Under the pieces are notes generated by a model that searched no databases, was not told where the DNA came from, and saw only the letters and a program-made list of their open reading frames with translations. This document shows positions 1 to 9,521 of a stretch of DNA of 19,641 bases, piece by piece (within the stretch, counting starts at the first letter, position 1; the number at the start of each line of letters is the position of its first letter). Origin of the DNA: a virus (taxonomy: Duplodnaviria > Heunggongvirae > Uroviricota > Caudoviricetes); the IMG/VR virus record IMGVR_UViG_2671181085_000003; one strand, given 5' to 3'. A program made the position numbers and the translations under genes.

Positions 1-130
1 TGTCATGACGGAATAAAATTTCTGAAACTCTTCACATTTCCGGCAATTGCCTGTAGCCGCAATAATGACGCTGCGTTACTTTTTTGATGCCTGAAAAATA
101 ACTCCATAACGTTAATCTTCATCGTTCTCT

Positions 131-163
131 CCCGCAGCTCCGCTAACTCTGCGGGATTTTTTT
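131..163 (+). terminator. Rho-independent terminator, plus-strand sense
   Basis: Stem CCCGCAG (131-137) / CTGCGGG (149-155) with an 11-nt loop, followed by a T7 run (157-163). In minus-strand sense the hairpin is not followed by a U-tract, so it is plus-strand specific. Confidence 0.55.
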
Positions 164-167
164 ATTT

Positions 168-806
168 TTATCCCCGCCCGATAACCACCACTTTCCCGTC
201 TCCGCCCTCATCACGGGTGCTGATGTCCTGGGATATCCGTCGTGAACCAACCAGCATTTCACCGTAAGGCACCGGCATCGGGTTACCCTGGGCAATCATG
301 TTGTCCAGTGAGGAGAAATACGTGTTCCGTTTACCATTATCTGTTGTCGTGGCAGACGGTGTTTTCGCCCTGGGGGTGAGCATCTGCGTGATACCCCCCA
401 CCATCATGGCCACCCCAAGATTACCGATGACAGCACCAATACCGGTCCAGCTGAACACATATCCCACAACAGCCAGAACAGCACCGGCCACCACCTGAAG
501 AACACCGCCGTTTTTTGCCCCCTCCGTCCGGGGCACCAGATGGATAACATCCCCGTCATTCAACGGCTCACATACTCTGGAATGAAGCTCCTGTTCAGAT
601 ACATCACTGCCCGCAATGCGTAACTGATACCATCCCTCATACAGTTTCTGCCTGAATCCCGGCACCTGCAGCGACAGGGCACGGATGGCCTCCGCTGCCG
701 TGTTCACATACAGACTGATGCGGCGACCAAATCGTTGTAAATCCCCGTGAAGGCAGATGCGGACCAGTGGCGGTGACGCCAGACAGAATGCGTTCGTCGT
801 TGCCAT
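168..806 (-). CDS. I: Tail tip assembly protein I (lambda gpI-like)
   Basis: 212-aa ORF; N-terminus MATTNAFCLASPPLVRICLHGDLQRFGRR and C-terminal TTDNGKRNTYFSSLDNM..GNPMPVPYGEM match my recollection of lambda gpI; positioned after K as in lambda. Confidence 0.85.
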   Translation of the reverse strand: MATTNAFCLASPPLVRICLHGDLQRFGRRISLYVNTAAEAIRALSLQVPGFRQKLYEGWYQLRIAGSDVSEQELHSRVCEPLNDGDVIHLVPRTEGAKNGGVLQVVAGAVLAVVGYVFSWTGIGAVIGNLGVAMMVGGITQMLTPRAKTPSATTTDNGKRNTYFSSLDNMIAQGNPMPVPYGEMLVGSRRISQDISTRDEGGDGKVVVIGRG

Positions 807-1447
807 TTTTCAGAATACCTCTCCCGTTTACTCAGTTGTTCAGGTATATGGTGAAGCAGGTCACCGTTGCCACAGTAAATGGCGGCATGATTCGGCACCG
901 ATGCGCCAAAGCAGCACAGCAGGATATCGCCCGCCTGTGCACAGGACGGAGACACCCGGTAAAAGCCGTTTTCCGCCAGGTTGTCCAGGTACAGGTTCTG
1001 GCCGTTGCGCCACCAGTCATCCTCACGGTGAAAATCCGGCATCTCAATCCCCGCCAGATGGTATGCATCCCGGAACAGGGTGTAACAGTCCGTCACACCG
1101 TGTTCAAAGCGCCGTCCGGTCAGGTGCGGCACACAGCGGAACCGGTGAATTTCACCCCGGCAGACCAGCCACCAGGGCAGGGCACTCTTTATCTGCAGCC
1201 GCCGGTCCGCCTCGCTCAGCCAGGGCAGACCACCGGGATGACTGTGGACCAGTGCCACAATCTCCCCCTGCATCTGTGCCTGCAGCCAGTCTTCCGGTGC
1301 AATACGAAAATACGCCTCCGGCTCTGCGGAGATATTCACGCAGGGCTGGTACCGTTCGCCCTCCGGGGTGCTTATCACGAAGCCGCACGACTCCGCTGGC
1401 GCACACCGCCGGGCATGCGCCAGAATCGCTGATTCAGTCTGTGTCAT
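704..1447 (-). CDS. K: Tail tip assembly protein K (JAMM/MPN plus NlpC/P60-like)
   Basis: Start set at internal ATG (MTQTESAIL...), 10 nt after the L stop, rather than the ORF-track start at 1708. JAMM-type motif HSHPGGLPWLSEAD (HxH-x7-S-x2-D) and NlpC/P60-like Cys (VTDCYTLF) and His (NHAAIY) are visible. The 3' end overlaps I by about 100 nt; the exact start is uncertain. Confidence 0.75.
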   Translation of the reverse strand: MTQTESAILAHARRCAPAESCGFVISTPEGERYQPCVNISAEPEAYFRIAPEDWLQAQMQGEIVALVHSHPGGLPWLSEADRRLQIKSALPWWLVCRGEIHRFRCVPHLTGRRFEHGVTDCYTLFRDAYHLAGIEMPDFHREDDWWRNGQNLYLDNLAENGFYRVSPSCAQAGDILLCCFGASVPNHAAIYCGNGDLLHHIPEQLSKRERYSEKWQRRTHSVWRHRHWSASAFTGIYNDLVAASVCM

Positions 1448-1457
1448 AAAACGGGAT

Positions 1458-2156
1458 TTACTGCGAAAGTTTATTGATGGAAAGGAAACCGCCAAAATTG
1501 ACCGCCATGCCGCGCATCTCACACCCGCGCATGCATTTACTGCATCTGTCCTTCCGGATATCCGTGGTGGGGTTGTCGAACTCATCCGCCACTGCCGGAC
1601 CGTTATACCCGCACTCATCGCCCCGGTAATCCCACATACAGGTGTTCGCCAGCATGATGCGACCGGGAAACAGCGCCCCGTCCGTCTCCGTCGGTGTCGC
1701 CAGCACAAACGAGGCCGTCATGGCCGTCAGCTCTGATAACTGCTCCACCACCCACCGGTCCGTCAGCTCCTGCTCCGGGTCTGCCTCAGGATTGCCTGCC
1801 ACAAAATTCACCGCATCCAGAAAACGCGCATACACCCGGCGACGGACCACCGTGGCACCCACCAGGCTCTGCAAATCCTCCGCCATCCCGGTGACCAGCC
1901 CGAAAAGATTGGACACTGTCAGCGACGGGCGGGCACTGCTGCCCTTTCCGTTCATCTCAAAGCCGCTGCCCTCAATCGGGTACGCCTCATACTTCCGCCC
2001 CTGCCAGGTCACCGGCTCCCCTTTTTCATTCAGCTCATTACAGAAAAAATACCGCTCACCGCCCTGTACCGTCAGGTCGATTTCCCAGAGTACCACCCGC
2101 GGTGACTGCTCTGATTTAACCGACTCGTTCAGACTTTCTTCGTGAATATCCTGCAT
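1458..2156 (-). CDS. L: Tail tip protein L
   Basis: 232-aa ORF, same length as lambda gpL; lies between M and K; contains a Cys cluster (CSKCMRGCEMRG). Confidence 0.85.
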   Translation of the reverse strand: MQDIHEESLNESVKSEQSPRVVLWEIDLTVQGGERYFFCNELNEKGEPVTWQGRKYEAYPIEGSGFEMNGKGSSARPSLTVSNLFGLVTGMAEDLQSLVGATVVRRRVYARFLDAVNFVAGNPEADPEQELTDRWVVEQLSELTAMTASFVLATPTETDGALFPGRIMLANTCMWDYRGDECGYNGPAVADEFDNPTTDIRKDRCSKCMRGCEMRGMAVNFGGFLSINKLSQ

Positions 2157-2485
2157 CAGTTCACCACCTGCTTAAACTCGGCACTGAATTCCACCCGCAG
2201 CATGCGAACCCGTGATGACCACGCAGCACAGGTCACCTTTATCTGCCGGTATGCATAGGGTGGCTTCCACAAAAATGCCTTCCAGCCCCCGTGCTCTGCC
2301 AGAAACGCTTCCAGATGCCGGGCCTCCTCCCGGGTCACGGAAAGCGTCACCCTGTATGTTTTCAGGTCAGCATTCAGCCCTGCCGCCATACGCTGTGAGT
2401 ACCCGTCACCAAAACGCACTTCACGCACCGACGGCTGCGAGTTCACCTCCATATCCGGCTTCACTTTCCAGCGAAAGGTTTTCAT
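2156..2485 (-). CDS. M: Tail tip protein M
   Basis: 109-aa ORF, same length as lambda gpM; start/stop overlaps with H and L typical of translational coupling. Confidence 0.85.
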   Translation of the reverse strand: MKTFRWKVKPDMEVNSQPSVREVRFGDGYSQRMAAGLNADLKTYRVTLSVTREEARHLEAFLAEHGGWKAFLWKPPYAYRQIKVTCAAWSSRVRMLRVEFSAEFKQVVN

Positions 2486-5055
2486 CGCCCGCTCCCTGAT
2501 AACATACCGCCATCACGCAACTGCAGCCGGAGCTCATCCTGCGCCCCCTTGCGGGCCATGTCATACACCGCCTTCATCAGCTGCGGCCCCGCCTGTCCGT
2601 TGATACCGTCGTTCTGAATCACCACGTGATTGTTCTGATTAAAATTAATACCTTCCGCCCGCCGCATCTGCGCCGGACTTCCGGCACCACCCACATAACC
2701 ACCTTCCGCATAGCCGCGCATCAGGCGGTAAAGATTCCCCACACCTATCCGGCTGGTTGCCTCCTTCGTGAAGACAAACTCCCCGCGGTGAACTATCCCC
2801 GCAGGCTCATATTTGCCGCCCGTGCCCGTAAATCCGCCGGTCGCGAAATGAAAGTTCGCCGCCGCAGCCTGAATGGCCGTCCCCGTGGAGGCAGACGCCC
2901 CACCACCGAAAGCACCACCAATGGCGCTGCCGATACGCCCGACAATGCCCACCATGGCCTGTTTAAGCAGGATTTCTGTCATCATGGACAGCACCGAACG
3001 GGTGAATCCCCGCCAGTTCTGTTCGCTGCCGGTCAGCATCGCCGCCATATTCTGTGCAATACCATCAAAGGTCTGCGTGGCCACACTTTTAACCTGCGAA
3101 AAACTGTCCGTCGCACTTTCCGCCCACTCACCCCAGCCGGACTTCAGCCCGGCCAGCCAGTCACCGCGCAGCATGTCTTCATCCGCCCATGTCTGTTTCA
3201 GTGCCCCGGTGACCCGGGCCAGCGCCTGCGGATTATCGCCGTACACGTCACGAAGACGCTGCTCTTCAGACTCCCGCTGTGCCTGACGGTCGGTGAGACC
3301 ACGGGCTTTTGCGCTGATGGCGGCCTGCTTCGCGCTCTGTTGCTCTTCAAACCGTGCAGCCTGCTGTGCAAGTTCATTCAGGCGTTTCTGGTGCTCCACC
3401 TTGTCGCCCAGCTCAGCCAGCTGGCGTTTGTACTCCAGCGTTTCTTTCTCATGAGCCAGCAGGGATTTTTCCTGCCCGGATAACTGCCGTTTCGTGGCAG
3501 CCTCTTTCAGGACCGCATACTGACTTTCCGCTTTCCATAAATCACGGCGCTGCTGGCTGATTTTCTCATTCGCACCGCTGTGCTTCTCCAGCGTCCGGAG
3601 CTCAGTTTCAAGCGCCAGCAGGGCTGCATGCGCCCGGTCTTCCTGACGCTCACCGGCAGACACCTTCACACCGGACGGCTTTTTCAGCGTCGATTCATAA
3701 TCCTTTTTCGCCGACGCCATCAGCGTGTTGTAATCCGCCTGCAGGATTTTCCCGTCTCTCAGGGCCCTGTTCAGTTCTTCCTGACGGGCGGTATATTTCT
3801 CCAGCGGCGACAGCAGGCGTTCATACGCTTTCTGCGCCTCTCCGGTATACTTCAGCTGTGACGCCTCACGCTCAGCCCTGTCCCTTGCCGCCAGTTCACC
3901 GGCTTTTTCCATATCCGACTGCAGCGTTGCCGCCGCCAGCCCCAGACGGGCATTTTCCCGGTCATCCCATGCACCCTGAAGGTTGGCCCGGAAAGAGGAG
4001 GTTTTACCGCGGCGCTGGCTCCGGCTCTGGTACCACTGCCATTTTTTATCCGCTTCATCAAATGCCTTCTGCGCACTGGCGAGCATGTCCGCAGAAGATT
4101 CCGGACGACCGATATCCAGAATGGCATCCCACATCGATTTGAACGCCTTTCCTGTTTTATCCGCCCAGGTTTCCAGCGTCCCCATGTTCTCTTTCAGGCG
4201 GCGGGTCTGGTCATCAAAGCCTTTCGTGGCAATATCGTTCGCCGCCTGTAAGGCACCGGCCTCGTCTCCGGAACGCTGCAGCTGAGCAACATACGCAATC
4301 TGCTCTGCCGTCACGTTACGGAACTGGCGTGCCATCGCAGTCAGCCCCGACGTCGGGTCAGTGGTCAGTTTTCCGAAAGCCTCTGCAACCTTGTCCACCT
4401 CCACACCGGAGGCAGACGCAAAACGCGCCACACTCTGGTTAATGGCATCAAACTGTTCACCACCACGCACACCGGCACTGACCAGGGCTGCCAGTGACTC
4501 TCCCGCCTGGTTAAACGTCAGCCCTGCCGCCTGCCCGGCTCTGGAGAGCGTCAGCATGCGCTCTGCCGTCAGTCCTGACTGATTACCGGAAAGAACCAGG
4601 GTTTTATTAAACGCTGAAAGCGTGGAATCCCCCTGGTACCAGGCATACGCCAGCGCACCTGTCGCGGCGACCAGTGATGTGATCCCGACGGCAGGTAGCG
4701 AGACGGCTCCCGCCAGTCCCCGGAACATCGGGATAAGACCACCGAACGAGTCTTTCACCTGACCGCCCTGTTGCAGCAGGATGAGCCAGGGATTCTGACC
4801 ACCGGCAAGCTGCGTGGCAACGTCGGTGAACTGCATGGGTAGCATACGCATGGCGGCTTTATACTGCCCGACGGACATCCCGGCTTTTTGTGCAGCCAGC
4901 GCCTGGCGGCTCAGCCCCTGCTCAACAGCACTGGCGGTTTTTCTGGCGTCAGTCTCCAGTCCTGAAAAATGACGCCTTACGCGGGTCATCTGCTCATCGA
5001 AACGAACCGCATCCAGACTCAGGTCAATAACAAGATCACCAACCGGCTGGGACAT
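2482..5055 (-). CDS. H: Tail tape measure protein H
   Basis: 857-aa ORF (lambda gpH is about 853 aa); long alpha-helical Ala/Gln/Glu-rich middle region and Gly-rich C-terminal part typical of tape measure proteins; position between T and M. Confidence 0.9.
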   Translation of the reverse strand: MSQPVGDLVIDLSLDAVRFDEQMTRVRRHFSGLETDARKTASAVEQGLSRQALAAQKAGMSVGQYKAAMRMLPMQFTDVATQLAGGQNPWLILLQQGGQVKDSFGGLIPMFRGLAGAVSLPAVGITSLVAATGALAYAWYQGDSTLSAFNKTLVLSGNQSGLTAERMLTLSRAGQAAGLTFNQAGESLAALVSAGVRGGEQFDAINQSVARFASASGVEVDKVAEAFGKLTTDPTSGLTAMARQFRNVTAEQIAYVAQLQRSGDEAGALQAANDIATKGFDDQTRRLKENMGTLETWADKTGKAFKSMWDAILDIGRPESSADMLASAQKAFDEADKKWQWYQSRSQRRGKTSSFRANLQGAWDDRENARLGLAAATLQSDMEKAGELAARDRAEREASQLKYTGEAQKAYERLLSPLEKYTARQEELNRALRDGKILQADYNTLMASAKKDYESTLKKPSGVKVSAGERQEDRAHAALLALETELRTLEKHSGANEKISQQRRDLWKAESQYAVLKEAATKRQLSGQEKSLLAHEKETLEYKRQLAELGDKVEHQKRLNELAQQAARFEEQQSAKQAAISAKARGLTDRQAQRESEEQRLRDVYGDNPQALARVTGALKQTWADEDMLRGDWLAGLKSGWGEWAESATDSFSQVKSVATQTFDGIAQNMAAMLTGSEQNWRGFTRSVLSMMTEILLKQAMVGIVGRIGSAIGGAFGGGASASTGTAIQAAAANFHFATGGFTGTGGKYEPAGIVHRGEFVFTKEATSRIGVGNLYRLMRGYAEGGYVGGAGSPAQMRRAEGINFNQNNHVVIQNDGINGQAGPQLMKAVYDMARKGAQDELRLQLRDGGMLSGSGR

Positions 5056-5898
5056 ATCTCACACCTCCGGAAATCCCCGCTGAAGCCATCATTAATGCGA
5101 CATCATCCTCGCTGACATCCACCACATCCGCAGAAGGTGAAATATCGCCCCCTCCCTCCCCACCGAACCGGACGCCTCCGGCAAGTCCTGCCGCTTTCTG
5201 CATCAGCATGTCTTCCTCATCCGGCCTCTCCGTCTGCGCTTCCTCACGCCGGGGGACGAGCAGACTGAAATCCGAGGGATGCATATCCGGATCGCAAAAA
5301 AACAGGCTGAGTACGGCGTACGTCAGCCCGGAAAAATGCATATCCAGCTGGGTATCGTGAAAATAATGCGTGCGGTAAAAACGTCGCCAGTCGGCATATT
5401 CGGTGGATGTCATCCCGGCAAGCATGGCTCGCCAGTCGGCTCTCCCCATCTCACGCGCCAGTTTCAGGACAAAGTTCAGCTCGCCTTCGAATGCTTTTTT
5501 GATGTTACCGGCTCAGTCGCTTCTGCTTTCCCGGTTTGTTCAGGATCGGCATCGTGCCGGTTATCCAGCATACCTGAAAGATAAAGCACCCGGTTCGTTG
5601 CCTGATTCAGTGCATCAGCAGGCCATCCCAGCATCACTTCACGGCGGATCTGCTGCATCTCTGTCTCCGGAGAGGCCAGAGTGCCTTTGAGGGAATGGGA
5701 ATGCCATAGCGACATCGCCACAAGCAGGGATGCCGTTTCCAGATATCGCTGGTTAATGTGCACGGCATCATGCTCCGTTGTCTCCTGTTGTGCTGCGTCT
5801 GAAACAAACTTCATATAATCAAACCGCTGCAGCGCAGACAGCTCCGACAGCGTGACGGACACCCCGTTATATTCAAATTGTTCTGTTTTCAGGAACAT
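5036..5898 (-). CDS. T: Tail assembly chaperone G-T fusion, made by programmed -1 ribosomal frameshift
   Basis: The T frame (5036..5512 open) is -1 relative to G and overlaps the G 3' end; slippery heptamer A_AAA_AAG at 5494-5500 (minus strand) sits in the correct register at G codons 134-135. Predicted fusion is about 287 aa. Confidence 0.7.
5476..5898 (-). CDS. G: Tail assembly chaperone G
   Basis: Start at internal ATG (MFLKTEQFEYNGVSVTLSELSALQ...), giving 140 aa, the lambda gpG length; the ORF-track start upstream at 6012 is rejected. Confidence 0.8.
   Translation of the reverse strand: MFLKTEQFEYNGVSVTLSELSALQRFDYMKFVSDAAQQETTEHDAVHINQRYLETASLLVAMSLWHSHSLKGTLASPETEMQQIRREVMLGWPADALNQATNRVLYLSGMLDNRHDADPEQTGKAEATEPVTSKKHSKAS
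5494..5500 (-). other. -1 programmed frameshift slippery heptamer A_AAA_AAG
   Basis: Zero-frame reading TC-A AAA AAG (Ser-Lys-Lys) in G; the -1 frame reads AAA AAA and continues open into T. Confidence 0.65.
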
Positions 5899-5914
5899 GC
5901 TTGATCTCCTCCCC

Positions 5915-6664
5915 TCAGCCCGCAGCGCCATCCGTGACGGTGATCTCCGCCACCGCCGCAAACTCACCGTTGCCGGTGACAACAGGGATCTGCGCTTTAC
6001 CTGCCGCAACACCTTTCACGGTGATCGTGTTCCCTTTCACGGTAATGGTGGCGAAATTCTGATTTGCCGACGTTGCGCGGAATGTTTTATCCGTTGCGCC
6101 TTCCGGCTGAACGGCCACAGTCAGGGTGGTGCTCTGACCTTTTGCCACATTCCCCGTTAGTGGCGTCACGGTAATACCGGTGACCGGTGTGATTTCTCCC
6201 CGATCCTCCGCCAGTGACGGACGACCAATATTGGTGATTTTTACCGTACGGGTGATCACTTCTTTGGCGGTCACCGCTTTACCAATGGCGCTCACCCAGC
6301 CACGGAACACATCCACCGTGCCGTTCGGGAAGCGGATTTTGTAGGCCCGGGTCTCGCTGCTGTCAAACCAGGCAATCAAATCGCGCTGCCCTTTCTCGCC
6401 GGGCTTCCAGGCCAGCGTAAAACTGGTGTCACCGGCGGATTTCTGCCCCTGCCCGGTGGATACCCAGTCAGCATCCTCATCATCCAGATAGTTATCGTCG
6501 TAGGATTCCGCCGTCATCTCGCCGGGGGTCAGATCCTTTATTTTTGCCAGACGCGTCCACTCATCATCTGAGAGCGGGTTTGCATAAGCATCGCCCTTAC
6601 CGGTGTAAACCCAGAGCGTGGTGCCGGAACCTTTTACCGGCGCCAGGGGATTTGGTGTTGCCAT
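5915..6664 (-). CDS. V: Major tail tube protein V
   Basis: 249-aa ORF (lambda gpV is about 246 aa); C-terminal Ig-like (Big_2-type) segment with TVTV/ITV repeats; lambda gene order. Confidence 0.9.
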   Translation of the reverse strand: MATPNPLAPVKGSGTTLWVYTGKGDAYANPLSDDEWTRLAKIKDLTPGEMTAESYDDNYLDDEDADWVSTGQGQKSAGDTSFTLAWKPGEKGQRDLIAWFDSSETRAYKIRFPNGTVDVFRGWVSAIGKAVTAKEVITRTVKITNIGRPSLAEDRGEITPVTGITVTPLTGNVAKGQSTTLTVAVQPEGATDKTFRATSANQNFATITVKGNTITVKGVAAGKAQIPVVTGNGEFAAVAEITVTDGAAG

Positions 6665-6671
6665 ATCATCC

Positions 6672-7067
6672 TCACATCTCGTATGTAATGGAATAAGTCA
6701 GATCTGCAGAGCTCCACAATGCCATATCGTCATCACGACGATACTCATAGCCCTGCGTAACCAACGTGGTAATCATGCCTGCCAGTGCAGGGATCGCCGC
6801 CATCGCCGGGTAAATCCGGCTTTCCATCCACTGATCAAGCTCTGAATCCGGTACCTGTGCCGGTAAAAACACCTCAATATGCAGTGTGGCCCGCCAGGTA
6901 TCAGCATCCAGCTCTTCACCGGTATACTCTGCATCCGTCAGATAAACCGCGACCGCCGGAAAATCCGCCTCCTCAAAAACAGCGGGGCGACCATCAAACA
7001 GCGTCGCCCCGCTGTCATGCTTCTCCAGTGCATCCAGTACGGCTGCACGGATATCAGTATGTTTCAT
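6672..7067 (-). CDS. U: Tail terminator protein U
   Basis: 131-aa ORF, same length and position as lambda gpU. Confidence 0.85.
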   Translation of the reverse strand: MKHTDIRAAVLDALEKHDSGATLFDGRPAVFEEADFPAVAVYLTDAEYTGEELDADTWRATLHIEVFLPAQVPDSELDQWMESRIYPAMAAIPALAGMITTLVTQGYEYRRDDDMALWSSADLTYSITYEM

Positions 7068-7639
7068 CGTTTTATCGCAATCCTCAGTTGTTGTTTCAGC
7101 GCGTATGCCAGTTCTTTGGGCAGGCGTTCACGACGGATACGGTCAACGTTTTCATCAAACGCCTGTTTCAGTGGGGCCGCCATCGGGATTTTCACCACCT
7201 GAATGGGAAGGCGATTACGCTTTTTCCTGCCCTTGTCGTCATTGCCCTCCTCATATCTGGCCTGGGGAAGACGTTGCATAACATGCCAGCGCCCATTATT
7301 TAATCGCTGGATAAATGCCCGCTGATAACGATGCTGACCGGCTTTGAGTATGCTGTCCGGACGACGCCCCAGCATTCTGATCCCCAGCTTAATCACTGGG
7401 AGATCACCGCGGTTAACGATAATTTTTGCATTCGGATTTCTGACCGTGGCCCGTTTCAGTCTGGAGCGTTCCTTAACCAGTTTCCGGCGTACCTTTGTCT
7501 CCCGGGCAACCTGTGATGAAGACTGATTAATCGCCGTTGTGGCCACGCGGTTAATCGTCATTGCTGAAGCCGCCGGAATGGCGTTATTACGAACCCGGCT
7601 CAGATTATCAATCGCCTGATCAAGCCCTTTTATCGCCAT
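7064..7639 (-). CDS. Z: Tail completion protein Z
   Basis: 191-aa ORF between FII and U, as in lambda. Confidence 0.8.
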   Translation of the reverse strand: MAIKGLDQAIDNLSRVRNNAIPAASAMTINRVATTAINQSSSQVARETKVRRKLVKERSRLKRATVRNPNAKIIVNRGDLPVIKLGIRMLGRRPDSILKAGQHRYQRAFIQRLNNGRWHVMQRLPQARYEEGNDDKGRKKRNRLPIQVVKIPMAAPLKQAFDENVDRIRRERLPKELAYALKQQLRIAIKR

Positions 7640-7654
7640 AATTTCACCCTGCGT

Positions 7655-8008
7655 TTATCGTCGCCGGTTAACAGCGGGTGGTTGCCCACGGTTGAGCCAG
7701 AGATAACAGCTTCCCCCGTCATCCGGAGAAACACGATCCACCCAGAACATCTCGCCGTTAATGGTCAGCGTGTCACCACGCCGCACGGCACGCACCGTAT
7801 CCGTCCGCACAAATAATGACGGGCTGCTTCCTTCAATACGGACCCCGCCACCGGCAAAACCCAGCGACTCCGGATCGTCAAAAACCCCCTGAACTTCGCC
7901 GCCACGTTGTGCTCCGGAGGTGAACTGCGCACGGATCCCCATCACTTCAACGATCGTACTGTCCACCCCGGCAAGGGCAGCATCAAAGGCATTCTGAAAA
8001 TCACGCAT
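7655..8008 (-). CDS. FII: Head-tail connector protein FII
   Basis: 117-aa ORF, same length and position as lambda gpFII. Confidence 0.8.
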   Translation of the reverse strand: MRDFQNAFDAALAGVDSTIVEVMGIRAQFTSGAQRGGEVQGVFDDPESLGFAGGGVRIEGSSPSLFVRTDTVRAVRRGDTLTINGEMFWVDRVSPDDGGSCYLWLNRGQPPAVNRRR

Positions 8009-8384
8009 ATTCAGCCGTTCCGTGCTGTATCATGGCCGTTGCCAGTGATGATGGCACCAGAACACGCATACCCCGTAACGCCAGCTCAACGGGACGACCT
8101 GTCTCCGGGCAATACCCCATTACTTGCAGGCACTTCCGTACCCGGACGGCTTTAACATCATCCGGAGCATCCGTGTTGTTCAACTGCTCACCATCGTCTG
8201 TGTGATTTTGATCAGCCCCGCTCTCATCAGAGTGCATAATGCCCTCCGGGGAAACAGCAAGCTCCTCTTCCCACTCAGACACACGTTGAGCAATATCCGC
8301 AGCACTCCCCGACATATCCGCCTCGCGCCCCAGCAGGCCAGCCAGTTCACGAAGACGATTCAGATTTTCTTCTTTTGTTGCCAT
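8001..8384 (-). CDS. FI: DNA packaging / head assembly protein FI
   Basis: Start chosen at ATG 8384 (MATKEENLNRLREL...) preceded by a GGGGG Shine-Dalgarno-like run; the ORF-track start at 8432 is a GTG. Acidic middle region; position between E and FII. Confidence 0.65.
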   Translation of the reverse strand: MATKEENLNRLRELAGLLGREADMSGSAADIAQRVSEWEEELAVSPEGIMHSDESGADQNHTDDGEQLNNTDAPDDVKAVRVRKCLQVMGYCPETGRPVELALRGMRVLVPSSLATAMIQHGTAEYA

Positions 8385-8435
8385 CTCAGCCCCCTGTGAA
8401 AAAAGACACGGGGGCATATCGCCCCCACTCACGGA

Positions 8436-9464
8436 TTATTTCACCTGAACCACCACAAACTCATCCGGATCCGGCAGCACCATCAGCGGAGCGGACTGCG
8501 TCATGGTGAATTCACGGGCCGGATCGCCAACGGTCAGCCAGTGTTTCGGATAACGGGAAGAGGCCACCACACCTTCGGACAACGCCTGCGCATCCTGAAT
8601 GGCACCATAGCAACGGATGCCATCAGCAGCCGTATTTCCCAGGACCAGCGTGCCCTCCGGCAGATAACGTTTTTCGGTACCGTCCTCTGCCACATAAGAC
8701 GTTTTCGCCACCACAATGGCCAGATCGCCGTAATACCCCTTGAAGGACACCACTGCGCCCAGATCTTTCACTGCCGTTTCGAGTTGTGAATTTGAGCCGC
8801 GACGGGTATCCAGTTTTTCGCGGAACAGCTTAAAGCCATTCAGCAGACGCCAGACCGTACCGTCCATAATGGCGATATTCACAAGACCGCTGGCCTGATC
8901 GCAGTAGAGGTCAATATCATGCGTCGGATCAAACGTATCACGGTCCTGCTCAGACCATTTTTTACCGTCAGCCTGCTCAATGTTATTTCCTTCAGAGCGC
9001 CCGAAATCAACCTCGACAGTATCAAACTGCTCCCCTTCCATGGTGTATTTGCCATACAGAACGGCATTCACCGCCTGCATTTCTTCCACCTGGACAATGG
9101 CGTGCTCTTCCTGTTTGAGGTTATCGGTGATGATACGCAGACGACGGTAGGCCGGGTCGTTCAGCTGCGCCGGATCTTCACCGGGAAGGCGCTCCACCGC
9201 CTGCTGGTAATTAAATTCGTGTTTCGGCTTGACGTAGCCCGGACGCAACACGCGGGTTTCACCACCACGATGACGCAGCACTTTTCCTTCAACAACCGGG
9301 GAGACATAGGCTGCCACCGGCGTTTTTCCGGTAATTTTATCCAGCATCACCTCTTCGGTGTGGAAATTCACCGTACGGCGGAAAAACAGCTCCAGAAACA
9401 GCACACGAAATTTCACTTTTTGTTCGGTATAACCGAGTAACTGGCGGGTCGTAAACAATCCCAT
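8436..9464 (-). CDS. E: Major capsid protein E
   Basis: 342-aa ORF; long conserved stretches match my recollection of lambda gpE (GYVKPKHE, EEMQAV, KLDTRRGSNS, ETAVKDLG, GDPAREFTM, QSAPLM, DPDEFV). Confidence 0.95.
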   Translation of the reverse strand: MGLFTTRQLLGYTEQKVKFRVLFLELFFRRTVNFHTEEVMLDKITGKTPVAAYVSPVVEGKVLRHRGGETRVLRPGYVKPKHEFNYQQAVERLPGEDPAQLNDPAYRRLRIITDNLKQEEHAIVQVEEMQAVNAVLYGKYTMEGEQFDTVEVDFGRSEGNNIEQADGKKWSEQDRDTFDPTHDIDLYCDQASGLVNIAIMDGTVWRLLNGFKLFREKLDTRRGSNSQLETAVKDLGAVVSFKGYYGDLAIVVAKTSYVAEDGTEKRYLPEGTLVLGNTAADGIRCYGAIQDAQALSEGVVASSRYPKHWLTVGDPAREFTMTQSAPLMVLPDPDEFVVVQVK

Positions 9465-9521
9465 AAATCAGTTCCTTTCATTCAGAAATCAGTCAGGCCA
9501 ACGCGGTGGCCTGATAACGTG

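Noticed and set aside
3-122. 39-codon minus-strand ORF downstream of I as a J remnant
   Set aside because: No resemblance to the lambda J N-terminus as I recall it, and too short; kept only as context for the missing-J observation.
757-1449. Plus-strand ORFs of 230 and 221 aa (757..1449 and 767..1432) antisense to K and I
   Set aside because: They lie entirely within and opposite to well-supported tail genes in GC-rich DNA, where long spurious antisense frames are common; no RBS or independent support.
2626-3483. Plus-strand ORF of 285 aa antisense to the tape measure gene H, plus several similar ORFs inside H
   Set aside because: Shadow ORFs inside a highly supported 857-codon gene; Arg/Pro-rich translations typical of antisense GC-rich frames.
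5526-5532. GGGAAAG heptamer as the G-T frameshift site
   Set aside because: It is out of register (zero frame reads GGG AAA) and a stop codon at 5513-5515 closes the -1 frame downstream of it; the functional candidate is A_AAA_AAG at 5494-5500.
5476-6012. Extended 178-aa version of G starting at 6012
   Set aside because: The upstream extension overlaps the V 3' end; the internal ATG at 5898 gives the 140-aa G of lambda with a conserved N-terminus (MFLKTE...).
8919-9440. Plus-strand ORF of 173 aa antisense to major capsid gene E
   Set aside because: Antisense shadow ORF; E is unambiguous on the minus strand.
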